Positions 8,453-18,742 of a stretch of DNA of 64,000 nucleotides are shown here, one piece after another; position 1 is the first letter of the stretch, and each line of letters starts with the position of its first letter. The stretch is from contig CAVPCR010000001.1 of assembly GCA_963702435.1 (NCBI GenBank), positions 1,376,001-1,440,000 of the forward strand, in the 5' to 3' direction. The stretch is from Candidatus Eiseniibacteriota bacterium. Lineage in GTDB: Bacteria; Eisenbacteria; RBG-16-71-46; CAVPCR01. The position numbers and the translations under genes were made by a program. The notes under the pieces are model-generated. The model was given only the letters and a program-made list of their open reading frames with translations. It did no database searches and was not told where the DNA came from.

Positions 8453-10451
8453 ATGAAGCATCCGCTCTGCGCACCCCGGCTCGACCGAATCGTCCTCGTA
8501 CTCTGCGTGCTTACGCTTTCGCTTCGTGCAGTCGCCCCCCAAACTTCGCAACGAACCTGGGGCCTTGATCTCATCCGTTTCCTGCCTGCGCTCTCAGGCT
8601 CTACCTACGCCATCATGGGCGCCGTCATTCTCGTCGCCGCGTACATCCTGCTTTCCGGCGTGCGTCGCCTGCCTGCTAGTCGCATCGCCAAGTCGACCTG
8701 GTTCTACCTGGTCATTTCACTCGGTCTTGCCTTCCTCTTCTGGTCTCTCAGAGACGCCACCCATCTCCTCGGTGACGGCGGACGATCACTACTTGCGGCG
8801 GCGCGCCACGATCCCGTTCTCACCACTGAGCCACTCGCACAGGGGCTGAATCGATTGGTGGTGTCAGCTCTGTCAGCTCTTTCGGTTCCCCCCATTGCTG
8901 CGCTCGAGGCCTGGAGCTGCGGGCTCGGTGGTGCCGCCGTGTTCATCACGCTCCTTGGCTCAGGCTTTCTCGTTGCCGATCCTCTGAGGCGCCTCGTCTT
9001 CTCAGGACTAGTCCTGGTCACCGGCGGTGCGCAACTCTGGTGTGGGTATATTGAGAGCTATCCGTTCTTCTATCTCGCGGTTTGCTCGTATCTCTTGGCT
9101 GCCATCGGCTACTTTGCTGGCAGGATCTCGATCGCATGGATCACCCTTCTCCTCGCGATCGCGATTAGCAGTCATGCCTCGGGCGTGTTCCTTCTTCTGC
9201 CAGCGCACGCATACGCGGTAGCTCACGAGTGTCGCCGCAGTGGTAGTTTCCTGACTCCGATTCTGGCCAGCATCCTTGTCATACTCGCCACGTGGCTTGC
9301 CGTAGCCATGGCCCTCGATCCTGTGTGGCCAGGCATCGCGGCGGGGGGGGGGGGTGATCCTCCCCTTCCGCGGGGAATACGGTCTTCTTTCGTCCAGGCA
9401 CATCACCGACTTCGCGAATGAGGTCTTCCTGGTATGCGTCCTCGTAATTCCGCTTGTGGCAGTCAGCATCGTTCATCTTCGTCGCCCTGGGGCAACCGAG
9501 AGTCGGCCACTGACGTTTCTGTCCATAGCAGGAACTGCCGGGTGTGTGTTTGCATTCATCATTGATCCGGCGCTTGGAATGCCGAGGGATTGGGATCTGT
9601 TCGCTCCAGCGCTTCTTCCGGTAACTGTCCTTCTCGCTGCTCGGGTCGGTGTGTGTGACCGTGTGACCCCGCGATCCTCTATCATCATGCTCCTCACTGC
9701 AGCGATGTGCGTTGCCCCATGGATCGGCCTTAACCACAACGCGGATGCATCGGTCAAACGCTTTCGGTCTCTCCTTGCCCTGGATCAGAATCGCCCGGGT
9801 GCCGCCTATGGGTTCGAGTCGCTTGGTGTCTACCTGCGTGAACGCGGCGACTCGCAGGGAGCCCTGGTCTCCTTCGCATCCGCCCTTCGGTACCGCCCCG
9901 GTTACCCACGATACCTCGCAGCACTGCGGTCCGTCGTGCAGTCCATGCCGCCCAAGGCAGCGCGCAATGTGCTCGCGGGACTCGTGAGTGATGATCAGAC
10001 ACGCGTGGATCTCGAAATTGAGATCGCTCTCATTGAGGCGCGCGAGGGACAGACAAGCAGTGCAATCGCTCGTCTTCGGCGGATCGTTGCGATGGGGAAT
10101 CACGTGCGTAGCGCCCTGATTGAGCTGGCCAAGGTGCATCTGGCAATTCACGACTACGCTGGCGCGATCGTGGCACTCAACAGCGTCGCGATGGCGGATC
10201 AGCCTGATGGGGAGGTCGAGTATCTTCTGGGACAAGCGTACCTCCGCGACGGGCGCTGTGCTGATGCGATTCGACATTTTGGGGTTGCTGCCAATAGCGT
10301 CGGGGCAAGAGACGACGTCGACTACTATCTTGGGCTCGCCTGTCGAGAATGCGGGCAGCTGGAAAGATCTGAAGCACTGTTCCTGGCCTATCTGGCCGCA
10401 CACCCAAGTGGTCGCTATTCCAGTGTGGTCAGGGAATTTCTGGGATGGTGA
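8453..10451 (+). pseudogene. Polytopic membrane protein with C-terminal TPRs, frameshifted at a G12 tract (phase-variable or assembly error)
   Basis: ORFs 8453-9421 and 9354-10451 overlap at G12 (9343-9354). Removing one G gives a single 665 aa ORF with many TM segments, an RDWDLF motif and TPR helices. Codon usage is visibly less GC-skewed than the flanks. Confidence 0.75.
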
Positions 10452-10519
10452 TGTCTTGACGCCTGCATGGAAATTGCATGCTTGGTCGAACTTGAGTGCA
10501 GACCGATACCGGCGCCGGG

Positions 10520-12203
10520 CTAGTCAGATGGCGGGACGGGGAACAGCGTGCGCGCCGCGGCGATCTCCTCCGCGGTGCGGCGCGCATCCCAGCCGAGCTC
10601 GGCCGCCATGATCGCCGCGCAGTCGCGGAGGCTGTCCTCCCCCGGGTGGCCGATCGTGCCGAGGCCCGTGCGCCGGAAGAGGACATCGGGGAGGCGGAGC
10701 GCCATCTCCTCCCGCGCCGCGTAGCGCACCATGGCGCGGATGGTGGGCCGCGCCGGCGCCACGCGCCGCCCGTCGTCGCGATCGGCGTCGACGAGCGCGA
10801 CGACCGCCGGGTAGTCGGCGCCGTAGCTCTGCACGAGCTCGCGCGCGACCTCCTCGCCTAGCCCCGGTCCCGCCGCATCGCGCCGCACCGCCTCGGCGAT
10901 CGCGGCCCGCACCCGCTCGATGCGTCCGCCGGCCACCGGCGTCTCCGCGGTGCATGAGGGCGGCGGCATCCGCCCGAGCTTCCGGAAGACAAGATCGACC
11001 GCCTTCGCGGCGAGGCTCCGCGCGGTCGTGTACTTGGCCCCGATCACGGTCAGGAGCCCCTCGATCCCGTCCTTCCGGTGGTCGTGGATCTCGACCTTGC
11101 TCGCGCCCTGGTAGACCTCGGCGCGGATCTCGGTGTCGATGAGCGGATAGAGCCCGGCGATTGCATGCTCGACGCCGGCCGGGGTGAGCCCGGCCGCCGG
11201 ATAGGCCGCATTGATCTCGGCCACGAAGTCGGCGATGTCCACGGGCGGTGGCGCCGACATCGGCCGGATCACCGGAGTACGGCACGTTGGTCGTTCCGAT
11301 GAGCGAGCGGCCGCGCCACGGGAGGATGAAGAAGTGCCGCCCGCCACGGCTCAATCCTTCCCGCTTGTGAGCGGTGGCGATGGCGAGGGCCCCGCTCCGC
11401 GTCAGCGGGCGGGTGATGATGTGGCAGCCCTTAGCCAGTCCGTAGCGCTCGCCGGCCGGGTGGCCGAGCCCGCGCGCGAGGAGCGGCGCCCACGGCCCGG
11501 TCATGTTGGCGATGACGGGCGCGCGCACGTCCAGATCGCCAGCACCGGTGGCGCAATCCCGTGCGGTGACCCCGATCACCCGCGGCCCGCTGCGCAGGAA
11601 GCCGGTCGCTTCCACGTAGTTCGCGACGACCGCTCCCGCCGCGGCCGCCGCCCCGACCACCGCGAGCGTCATCCGCTCGGATGAGTGCATGTGGCACTCG
11701 TCGTAGCGCACGCCGCCGGTCAGCCCGTCGGTCGCGATCCCCGGCTCGAGAGCGAGCGCCTCGGCCCGCGAGAGGAGCGTGAAGCGCGGGATCCGCTGCT
11801 CGGGGTCGCGCATCCGCGCGTTGAGCCCGGCACCGATCGCCTCGTAGACGGCCATCGCCGCCGCCAGCACTTCCTTGCCGCGCATGCCGTGGCCGCAGGT
11901 CGGAATGAGGAAGGGCAGGCGATAGATGAGGTGCGGGGCAATGCGCATCAGGATGCCGCGCTCGACGAGCGACTCGCGCACCTTCCCGATCTCGCCCTTC
12001 TGCAGGTAGCGGATCCCGCCGTGGATGAGCTTCGAGGAGGCGGCCGAGGTGGCGCCGCCGAAGTCGCGGCGTTCGATGAGCGCGACCGCGAGACCGCGCA
12101 GCGCCGCGTCCCACGCGGCGAAGGCGCCGGTGATCCCCCCGCCGACGACGATCAGATCGAAGCCGCCGCCGGCGAGACGGCGGAGGTCACGGGTCATGGC
12201 CAT
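10520..12203 (-). pseudogene. glpD: FAD-dependent glycerol-3-phosphate dehydrogenase/oxidase with one frameshift near 11244
   Basis: DLIVVGGGITG, TSAASSKLIHGGIRYL, KGCH and IGTT in one frame; AGLYPL, GAKYTTAR and DVLFRRT in another. Removing one C at 11243-11245 joins them. Confidence 0.8.
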
Positions 12204-12335
12204 GCGTGCCATGCTACCCCATGGCCGGACCACCGTGAAATCTGAGCGGTTACCGCTCAATTTTCATGGAGTCTCCCGGCCGGCCTCCCGACCTCCCGGC
12301 CTCCCGCCCGGCGCCGGCCGCCGCCCCGCGCGGTT

Positions 12336-12977
12336 CTACCGCGCCGGCGCCCCGTCCACCGACTCGATCTCGGCCTCGAGCATGGCGACGTGCTCCACCT
12401 CCTCGGCCGCGAGCTCGCGGTAGAGCTCCTTCTCCATCCCCGGCGGCAGCGTGCTGGCGCGGCGCTCGAAGTGGGCGAGCGTGCGCTTCTCGAGGTCGAG
12501 CGCCCGGCTGTAGATCTCACGCACCGACGCGATGGCGCCGAAGTCCACACCCTGGAACAGGTCGCTCGCCAGGATCTCCTGGGCGTTCGGCTCCGGCGAC
12601 GTCGCCTCCGGGCCGAGATGGAGGTGGTACTTGTCGGAAAGCTCCTTCAGATGGTCCTCCTCGCGGTGGAGGAGGTCATCGAGCACCGCCTTGCAGCTGG
12701 GATCGCGCATGCGGTCGTGCGCCAGGCGGTAGAACTGGTACATGTCGACCTCGAACTGCACCGCCTCGCGGATCGGCTCGATGCGCCGGGGATCCTCGAG
12801 CCGGTAGCTCGACACGACGCGCAGCTCGCCTCCGCACAGGAAGCAGCGGCCGTACGGCACCACGAAGCCGATGGAGAGCTTGCCGCAGTTCTGGCACTTC
12901 CAGGTGTAGCGCACTTCGGCGCAACAGACGGCGTCGTCCTCGACGGCGCGCTGGCACTTCGGACACTGCGAGGCCAT
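12336..12977 (-). CDS. Rubrerythrin/ferritin-like diiron protein with an N-terminal 8-Cys metal-binding region
   Basis: CPKC, CC, CQNC, CFLC, then E...EEDH...E...EEVEH diiron ligand pattern. Confidence 0.8.
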   Translation of the reverse strand: MASQCPKCQRAVEDDAVCCAEVRYTWKCQNCGKLSIGFVVPYGRCFLCGGELRVVSSYRLEDPRRIEPIREAVQFEVDMYQFYRLAHDRMRDPSCKAVLDDLLHREEDHLKELSDKYHLHLGPEATSPEPNAQEILASDLFQGVDFGAIASVREIYSRALDLEKRTLAHFERRASTLPPGMEKELYRELAAEEVEHVAMLEAEIESVDGAPAR

Positions 12978-13004
12978 GGTTCCAGTCTCCTTCTCGGATT
13001 CTGC

Positions 13005-15482
13005 CTACGTGTTCGCCGCCGCCGGCGCCGGCATCCCCGCCGGGGTCCCCGTCTCGATGCCCAGGAAGCGCATGATCCCGCGCCCCGCGCGGCGTCCGGC
13101 GCCCATCGCCTCGATGACCGTGGCCGCCCCGGTGACGATGTCGCCGCCGGCGAAGACGCCGGGGAGCGATGTCATCTGGGTCTCCGGATCGACGACCAGG
13201 TAGCCCCACTTGTTGGTGGCGAGACCGGGCGTGGTCTGCGCGATGATCGGGTTCGCCGTGGTGCCCAGAGCGTAGATCACGGTGTCCACGTCGAGCACGA
13301 GCTCGGTGCCCGGCTTCGGGATGGGCCGCCGCCGGCCCGAATCGTCGGGCTCGCCGAGCTCCATGCGAATGCACTCCATCCCGGTCACCCAGCCCGCCTC
13401 GTTCCCGAGGATGCGGACGGGATTGGTCAGCCACTCGACCTTGATCCCCTCCTCGATCGCGTGATGCAGCTCCTCGGCGCGCGCCGGGCACTCCTTCTGG
13501 CTCCGCCGGTACACGATGTAGACCGGATCGGCGCCCAGGCGCTGCGACACGCGCGCCGCGTCCATGGCGGTGTTGCCGGCCCCGATCACCGCCACCCGCT
13601 GGCCCATGCCGACCGGCGTGTCGTAGAGCGGCGCCTGGAAACCCATCATGAGATTGACGCGGCTCAGGAACTCGTTGGCCGAGAAGACGCCGTTCAGCGA
13701 CTCGCCGGGGATACCCATGAAGCTCGGGCTCCCCGCCCCGGTGCCGACGAAGACCGCGTCGTAGCCCTGGTTCTTCATGAGCGACGGGATCGTGTGGACC
13801 TTGCCGATCACGGTGTCGAGCTCGATCTTGACGCCGAGCGCGAGCAGGTTCGCGATCTCCGTGTCCACGATGTCGTTCGGCAAGCGGAACTCGGGGATCC
13901 CGTACTTGAGCACGCCGCCCGCGACGTGGAGCGCCTCGAACACCGTGACATCGACCCCGACGCGGGCCAGATCCCCGGCGCAGGTCAGGCAGGCCGGACC
14001 CGACCCGATCATGGCCGCCTTGAACCGCCGCCCGCCATCCCGGGGCACCGGCGGAGCCTCCTCCCAGTTCTGCCCGACTGCGGCATCGGCGACGAACCGC
14101 TCGAGGCGTCCGATCGCGACCGGCTCGAGCTTCTTCCCGACGACGCACTGCACCTCGCACTGCGTCTCCTGCGGGCAAACGCGCCCGCACACCGCCGGCA
14201 GGCTGTTGGCGGACTTCAGCACGCGGTACGACTCGCGGATGTCACCGCGGCGGAGCGCGATGATGAAGGCGGGGATGTCGATCTCGACCGGGCAGCCGGC
14301 GATGCAGCGCGGCTTCTTGCACTCGAGGCAGCGGTCGGCCTCGATGATCGCCTCCTCCAGCGAGTAGCCGAGCGCCACCTCCTCGAAGTTGTGATTGCGG
14401 ACGTCGGCGGGCTGCTCGGCCATCGGGGTCTTCTTCGGCTGCACCGTGCGCACCGACTTGACGATCTTCTCGCCGCCCTGAACTGATGGGTGCGCCGCCT
14501 CGTACGAGGAGGCCGCCGCGGCCACCGCCTCGGTGATCGGGATGCGCACGGGCTTGACACCCCTTGCGCCCGGTGACGGCTCGCCGGCCTGCGCCCGCCG
14601 CCGCGACGGCGCCGTGGCCGTGTCGGCGGCGCCCGCGGTGAGCGCCGCGACGCGCTCGGTCTCGCGCATGTAGCGCTCGAGCGCTTCCTTCTCCTCGCGC
14701 TCGAAACGCTTCTGCCGGAGCACGAGCTCGTCGAAGTTGACCTTGTGGCCGTCGAAGTCGGGGCCGTCGACGCAGGCGAACTTGATCGCGCCGTCCACCG
14801 TCACGCGGCAGCTACCGCACATGCCGGTGCCGTCCACCATGATCGAGTTGAGGCTGACGATGGTGCGGATGCCGTGCGGGCGCGTCACCTCGGCGCACGC
14901 CTTCATCATGGGGAGCGGTCCGATCGCCACCACCTCGTCCACGTCATGATGCTCGGCGAGAACCTGGGTCAGCGCGTTGCTCACGAACCCCTTCATGCCG
15001 TAGGTGCCGTCGTCGGTGGTCACGATCACCCCGTCGGAAAACTCGCGGAAGCGGTCCTCCCAGAAGACGAGGTTCTGCGAGCGGAAACCGATGATCGAGA
15101 TGGTGGTGGCGCCGGCTCGCTTGTAGGCGCGGAGCTGCGGAAAGACCGGCGCGACACCGAGTCCGCCGCCCACGAGCACGACCTTCCCGCGCGGCTCGAT
15201 ATGGCTCGGCAAGCCGAGCGGACCGACGAAGTCGAGCACCGATTCGCCGGCATGCATCGCCATCATCTGTCGCGTCGTCTTGCCGACGGCCTGGATGACG
15301 ATGGTCACGGTGCCGCGATCGGTGTTGTAGTCGGCGACCGTGAGCGGGATGCGCTCGCCGGTGTGATCGATGCGCACCATGACGAAGTGGCCCGGCTGCG
15401 CGGCGTGGGCGACGGCCGGAGCATCCACGTGCCAGAGAAAAGTGTTCTCGTTGAGCTGTTCGCGATGAACGATCTTGTACAC
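13005..15482 (-). CDS. nfnAB: Fused NfnA-NfnB (electron-bifurcating NADH-dependent ferredoxin:NADP+ oxidoreductase / SudBA-like)
   Basis: N-half: ERIPLT, GGGLG, MVDGTGMCGSCRV...ACVDGPDF. C-half: RCLECKKPRCIAGCP, CGRVCPQETQCE, YGIPEFRLP, GAGNTAMD, FAGGDIVTGAATVIEAMGAG. GTG start at 15482 after GGGGGA. Confidence 0.88.
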   Translation of the reverse strand: MYKIVHREQLNENTFLWHVDAPAVAHAAQPGHFVMVRIDHTGERIPLTVADYNTDRGTVTIVIQAVGKTTRQMMAMHAGESVLDFVGPLGLPSHIEPRGKVVLVGGGLGVAPVFPQLRAYKRAGATTISIIGFRSQNLVFWEDRFREFSDGVIVTTDDGTYGMKGFVSNALTQVLAEHHDVDEVVAIGPLPMMKACAEVTRPHGIRTIVSLNSIMVDGTGMCGSCRVTVDGAIKFACVDGPDFDGHKVNFDELVLRQKRFEREEKEALERYMRETERVAALTAGAADTATAPSRRRAQAGEPSPGARGVKPVRIPITEAVAAAASSYEAAHPSVQGGEKIVKSVRTVQPKKTPMAEQPADVRNHNFEEVALGYSLEEAIIEADRCLECKKPRCIAGCPVEIDIPAFIIALRRGDIRESYRVLKSANSLPAVCGRVCPQETQCEVQCVVGKKLEPVAIGRLERFVADAAVGQNWEEAPPVPRDGGRRFKAAMIGSGPACLTCAGDLARVGVDVTVFEALHVAGGVLKYGIPEFRLPNDIVDTEIANLLALGVKIELDTVIGKVHTIPSLMKNQGYDAVFVGTGAGSPSFMGIPGESLNGVFSANEFLSRVNLMMGFQAPLYDTPVGMGQRVAVIGAGNTAMDAARVSQRLGADPVYIVYRRSQKECPARAEELHHAIEEGIKVEWLTNPVRILGNEAGWVTGMECIRMELGEPDDSGRRRPIPKPGTELVLDVDTVIYALGTTANPIIAQTTPGLATNKWGYLVVDPETQMTSLPGVFAGGDIVTGAATVIEAMGAGRRAGRGIMRFLGIETGTPAGMPAPAAANT

Positions 15483-15545
15483 GGCATCCCCCCGTGCCTT
15501 GGCGAGATAGCGGCTCTCTCCCGGAATGGGACACCAATGGTTCCG

Positions 15546-15610
15546 GGCAAGAGGCATGCCCGGGCCGGGAGCCTGGTCGATCTCCTAAATTATTGTCAAA
15601 TAACGTTTAG
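15546..15610 (-). promoter_or_regulatory. Putative sigma54 (-24/-12) promoter with upstream AT-rich IHF-like site
   Basis: GGGCATGCCTCTTGCC (15561-15546) fits GG-N10-GC; AT-rich island CTAAATTATTGTCAAATAACGTTTAG at 15585-15610. Confidence 0.6.
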
Positions 15611-15765
15611 ACTTCGAAGGGGAGATCGGGAGGGGCGGGATATCGGACAAAGTGACCGACTGCCCGGGGGATCGTGACGATTCGACCGGAGCAGGGAGGG
15701 CCCTTCCCGGGGCCGCGGGGCCCGGACTCGGATCCGCCCCTCGGGGCCCTCCCCTCGCGGGCGCC

Positions 15766-16794
15766 CTATCGGGTCAGGTCGGTCTTCCTCGCCGGCACCG
15801 GGGTCGCCGCCGGCACCGGGGTCGCCGCCGCCACCTTGGCGTCGTCGCGGAGTTCCTTGCCGAGCGACTGCATGAGCACCCGGAGATCGGCGAGCATCTG
15901 CGGATCCTCCCGGATGACCTTCTTGTCCATGGCCACCGCTTCTCCCGTGAACGATGCGAGCGTCGCGTCGGCTCCCATCACGATGCGCGTCTCCCCGACG
16001 TACTGACCTCGCTGGCCGGACCGAACGATGACCGCGCCCGCGACTTCCTTCAGCGCATCCGTGCCCGGGTAGTGGCCGAGAACGACCGCGTCGATCCCCG
16101 GCACGCTCTGCGGCAGATTCGCCGCGTCGGCCGCGGCGATGTGCGCGAGAACGACCACGACATCGGCCCTGGCCTTGACCTCCGGCACCAGCCGCTTCGC
16201 GGCGGCGACCGGATCCTCGATCGCAAAACCGAGATCGGCGAGCTTCGCGGCGCCGTCGCCGAAATCCGGACCGACGAGACCGATCACCCCGCAGGTCACT
16301 CCGCCCACCTTCCTCAAGATGAACTTCTCGCCGACGGGCTCGCCGCTCCCGGCGAAGGTCACGTTGGCGAGCGTCACCGGCACGCGCGTCGAGTCGAGGA
16401 TGGCGCGCACGTGGTCGGCGCCGCGAGCGAGCTCGAGATCGCCGAGGGTCATCGCGTCATAGCCCATGCGGCCCATGGCGCGAAGGATGAACCAGCTCTC
16501 CTGCGGGGCGGAGGCCGCCGCCGGGTGGGAGTAGTCGCCGGCGTCGACGACGAGCACGGGCCCGCGGCTGCGCATCGAATCGATGTAGGCCGAGCGGCGC
16601 GTGAGGCCGCCTTTCTCGGAGCTCTTGCACCCGCAGTGATCCACCTCGCCGCGATTCGACGCGGTCGAGAGGATGACCAGCTCCTGCTTGTCGCCCGGGG
16701 CGGCGGCCGCCGGCGCGAGAGGCGCACCGGCGAGAACGGCAGCGGCGGCGAGAACGGCAGCGGCGGCGAAGATCGGAACGAGAATTCGGGACAT
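15766..16794 (-). CDS. Secreted UshA/5'-nucleotidase-like metallophosphoesterase-fold protein with a CGC motif
   Basis: Signal peptide; GEVDHCGC...GGLTRR; VDAGD; MGYDAMTLG; TLANV; VVVLAH; DAVVLGH. ATG 16794 follows AGGAG. Confidence 0.8.
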   Translation of the reverse strand: MSRILVPIFAAAAVLAAAAVLAGAPLAPAAAAPGDKQELVILSTASNRGEVDHCGCKSSEKGGLTRRSAYIDSMRSRGPVLVVDAGDYSHPAAASAPQESWFILRAMGRMGYDAMTLGDLELARGADHVRAILDSTRVPVTLANVTFAGSGEPVGEKFILRKVGGVTCGVIGLVGPDFGDGAAKLADLGFAIEDPVAAAKRLVPEVKARADVVVVLAHIAAADAANLPQSVPGIDAVVLGHYPGTDALKEVAGAVIVRSGQRGQYVGETRIVMGADATLASFTGEAVAMDKKVIREDPQMLADLRVLMQSLGKELRDDAKVAAATPVPAATPVPARKTDLTR

Positions 16795-17063
16795 GGGATG
16801 GCTCCTTCCTGCGGCCCGGTCGGGACAGGGGTGCCGTGGCCGCACACCATCAAGATACGGAGGCGCCGCCGACGCGCGGGTAAGAAGCGTGTAAGAACGA
16901 GCGGGGCCGCGCGGACGATGGGGCGCCGGGGGCGAATGGCGAGCCGCTCGGCCCGTGACGATCCTGCTTGCCCGTCACGCCGCCGCGCCTCACAATCCGG
17001 CCGCTCGCCGGACCAGCGTTTCGCCCGGGCTCGCTCGAGCCACGGAGATGACGGAGGATCCCC

Positions 17064-18710
17064 ATGGACCGCCGAGACTTTCTCCGCACGTCGCTCGCCG
17101 CAGGCGCCATCGCCGCCACCGGCGCCATCGAAGCCGGCTGCCGCCGCACCGAGGAGCGCGCCGCAAGCCAGTCGCCGCCGCCGCCCGCTTCTGCCCCTCC
17201 GCCCACCGCCTTCGAGCTCGAGGAGCTCACCATCGCCGAGCTGCAAGCCGGAATGGCCGCCGGCCGCATTACTGCGCGCTCTCTCACGGCCGCCTACCTG
17301 GGACGCATCGAGGAGTTCGATCGCAAGGGATCCGCGCTCCGCTCGGTGATCGAGCTCAATCCGAACGCCATTGCGATCGCCGCCGAGCTCGACGGCGAAC
17401 GGCAGACGAAGGGCCTACGCAGTCCGCTGCACGGGATCCCCATCCTCTTGAAGGACAACATCGGCACCGCCGACCGCATGACGACGACCGCCGGTTCGCT
17501 CGCGCTCGCCGGCTCGATCCCCGCGCGGGACTCCGCGGTCGCCGCGAAGCTCCGCGCCGCCGGCGCCGTCCTCCTCGGCAAGACGAACCTGAGCGAGTGG
17601 GCGAACATCCGCTCCATGCACAGCTCGAGCGGCTGGAGCGCGCGCGGGGGGCAGTGCCGGAATCCCTATGTCCTCGACCGGAACCCGTGCGGCTCGAGCT
17701 CGGGCTCCGGAGCGGCGACCTCGGCCAATCTCGCCGCGGCGGCGATCGGCACCGAGACCGACGGCTCGATCGTCTGCCCGGCGAACACCTGCGGCATCGT
17801 CGGCTTGAAGCCCACGGTGGGCCTCGTGAGCCGCCGCGGTGTGATCCCGATCTCGCACACGCAGGACACGGCCGGTCCGATGACGCGCACGGTCGCCGAT
17901 GCCGCCCTCATCCTCGGGGTCCTCGCGGGAGTCGATCCGGAGGATCCGGCCACCGAGGCGCGCGGCGGCGAGGCGCCGCCCGACTACATGCAGTTCCTCG
18001 ATGCGGGCGGCCTCGCCAACGCCCGCCTCGGGGTCGCGCGCCAGTACGCGGGGTTCCACCGCGACGTCGACCGGCTGTTCGACGCTGCGCTCGACGCGCT
18101 CAAGAAGCAGGGCGCCGTCCTCGTCGATCCGGTCGCGCTGACGCCGGACTCGGAGATCGGCGAGGCCGAGCTCGCCGTCCTCCTCTACGAGCTCAAGGCG
18201 GATCTCAACGCCTATCTCAAGTCGCTCGGGCCCACGGCGCCGGTCAAGTCGCTGGCCGAGGTGATCGCGTTCAACGAGAAGAACGCCGAGCGCGAGATGC
18301 CGTACTTCGGGCAGGAGTTCTTCGAGCAAGCCGTGGCCAAGGGCCCACTCTCGTCACCCGAGTACCGGGCGGCGCTCGCGAAGTGCGGCGAGCTCGCGCG
18401 CGCGAAGGGGATCGACGCCGTCATGGCGAAGCACCGGCTCGATGCCATCGTGGCGCCCACCGGCGGTCCGGCCTGGGTCACCGATCTCGTGACCGGCGAC
18501 CACTTCAGCGGCGGCTCCTCGACCCTGCCCGCGGTGGCCGGCTATCCGAACATCACGGTGCCGGCGGGGCACATCCGCGGGCTCCCGGTGGGGATCTCCT
18601 TCTTCGGGCGAGCGTGGAGCGAGCCCGTGCTCTTCCGGCTCGCCTACGCCTTCGAGCAGGCGACGCGCCATCGCCGCGCGCCGCGCTTCCTCGCGACCGT
18701 CGAGCTGTAG
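17064..18710 (+). CDS. Amidase signature family protein with twin-arginine (Tat) signal
   Basis: MDRRDFL; LHGIPILLKDN; GKTNLSEWAN; CGSSSGSG; GTETDGSIVCP. Confidence 0.95.
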   Translation: MDRRDFLRTSLAAGAIAATGAIEAGCRRTEERAASQSPPPPASAPPPTAFELEELTIAELQAGMAAGRITARSLTAAYLGRIEEFDRKGSALRSVIELNPNAIAIAAELDGERQTKGLRSPLHGIPILLKDNIGTADRMTTTAGSLALAGSIPARDSAVAAKLRAAGAVLLGKTNLSEWANIRSMHSSSGWSARGGQCRNPYVLDRNPCGSSSGSGAATSANLAAAAIGTETDGSIVCPANTCGIVGLKPTVGLVSRRGVIPISHTQDTAGPMTRTVADAALILGVLAGVDPEDPATEARGGEAPPDYMQFLDAGGLANARLGVARQYAGFHRDVDRLFDAALDALKKQGAVLVDPVALTPDSEIGEAELAVLLYELKADLNAYLKSLGPTAPVKSLAEVIAFNEKNAEREMPYFGQEFFEQAVAKGPLSSPEYRAALAKCGELARAKGIDAVMAKHRLDAIVAPTGGPAWVTDLVTGDHFSGGSSTLPAVAGYPNITVPAGHIRGLPVGISFFGRAWSEPVLFRLAYAFEQATRHRRAPRFLATVEL

Positions 18711-18742
18711 CGGGGCGTGACCGTCCGGGGCGAACCGCGCGT

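Noticed and set aside
8343..10519. Lower-GC segment as another integron cassette or IS
   Set aside because: No attC-like cores, terminal repeats or transposase found at its borders.
15593..15610. Rex operator upstream of nfnAB
   Set aside because: Only the left half (TTGTCAA) resembles TTGTGAA-N4-TTCACAA; the right half does not match.
16625..16640. Selenocysteine recoding in the UshA-like gene
   Set aside because: The codons read TGC GGG TGC; there is no in-frame TGA.
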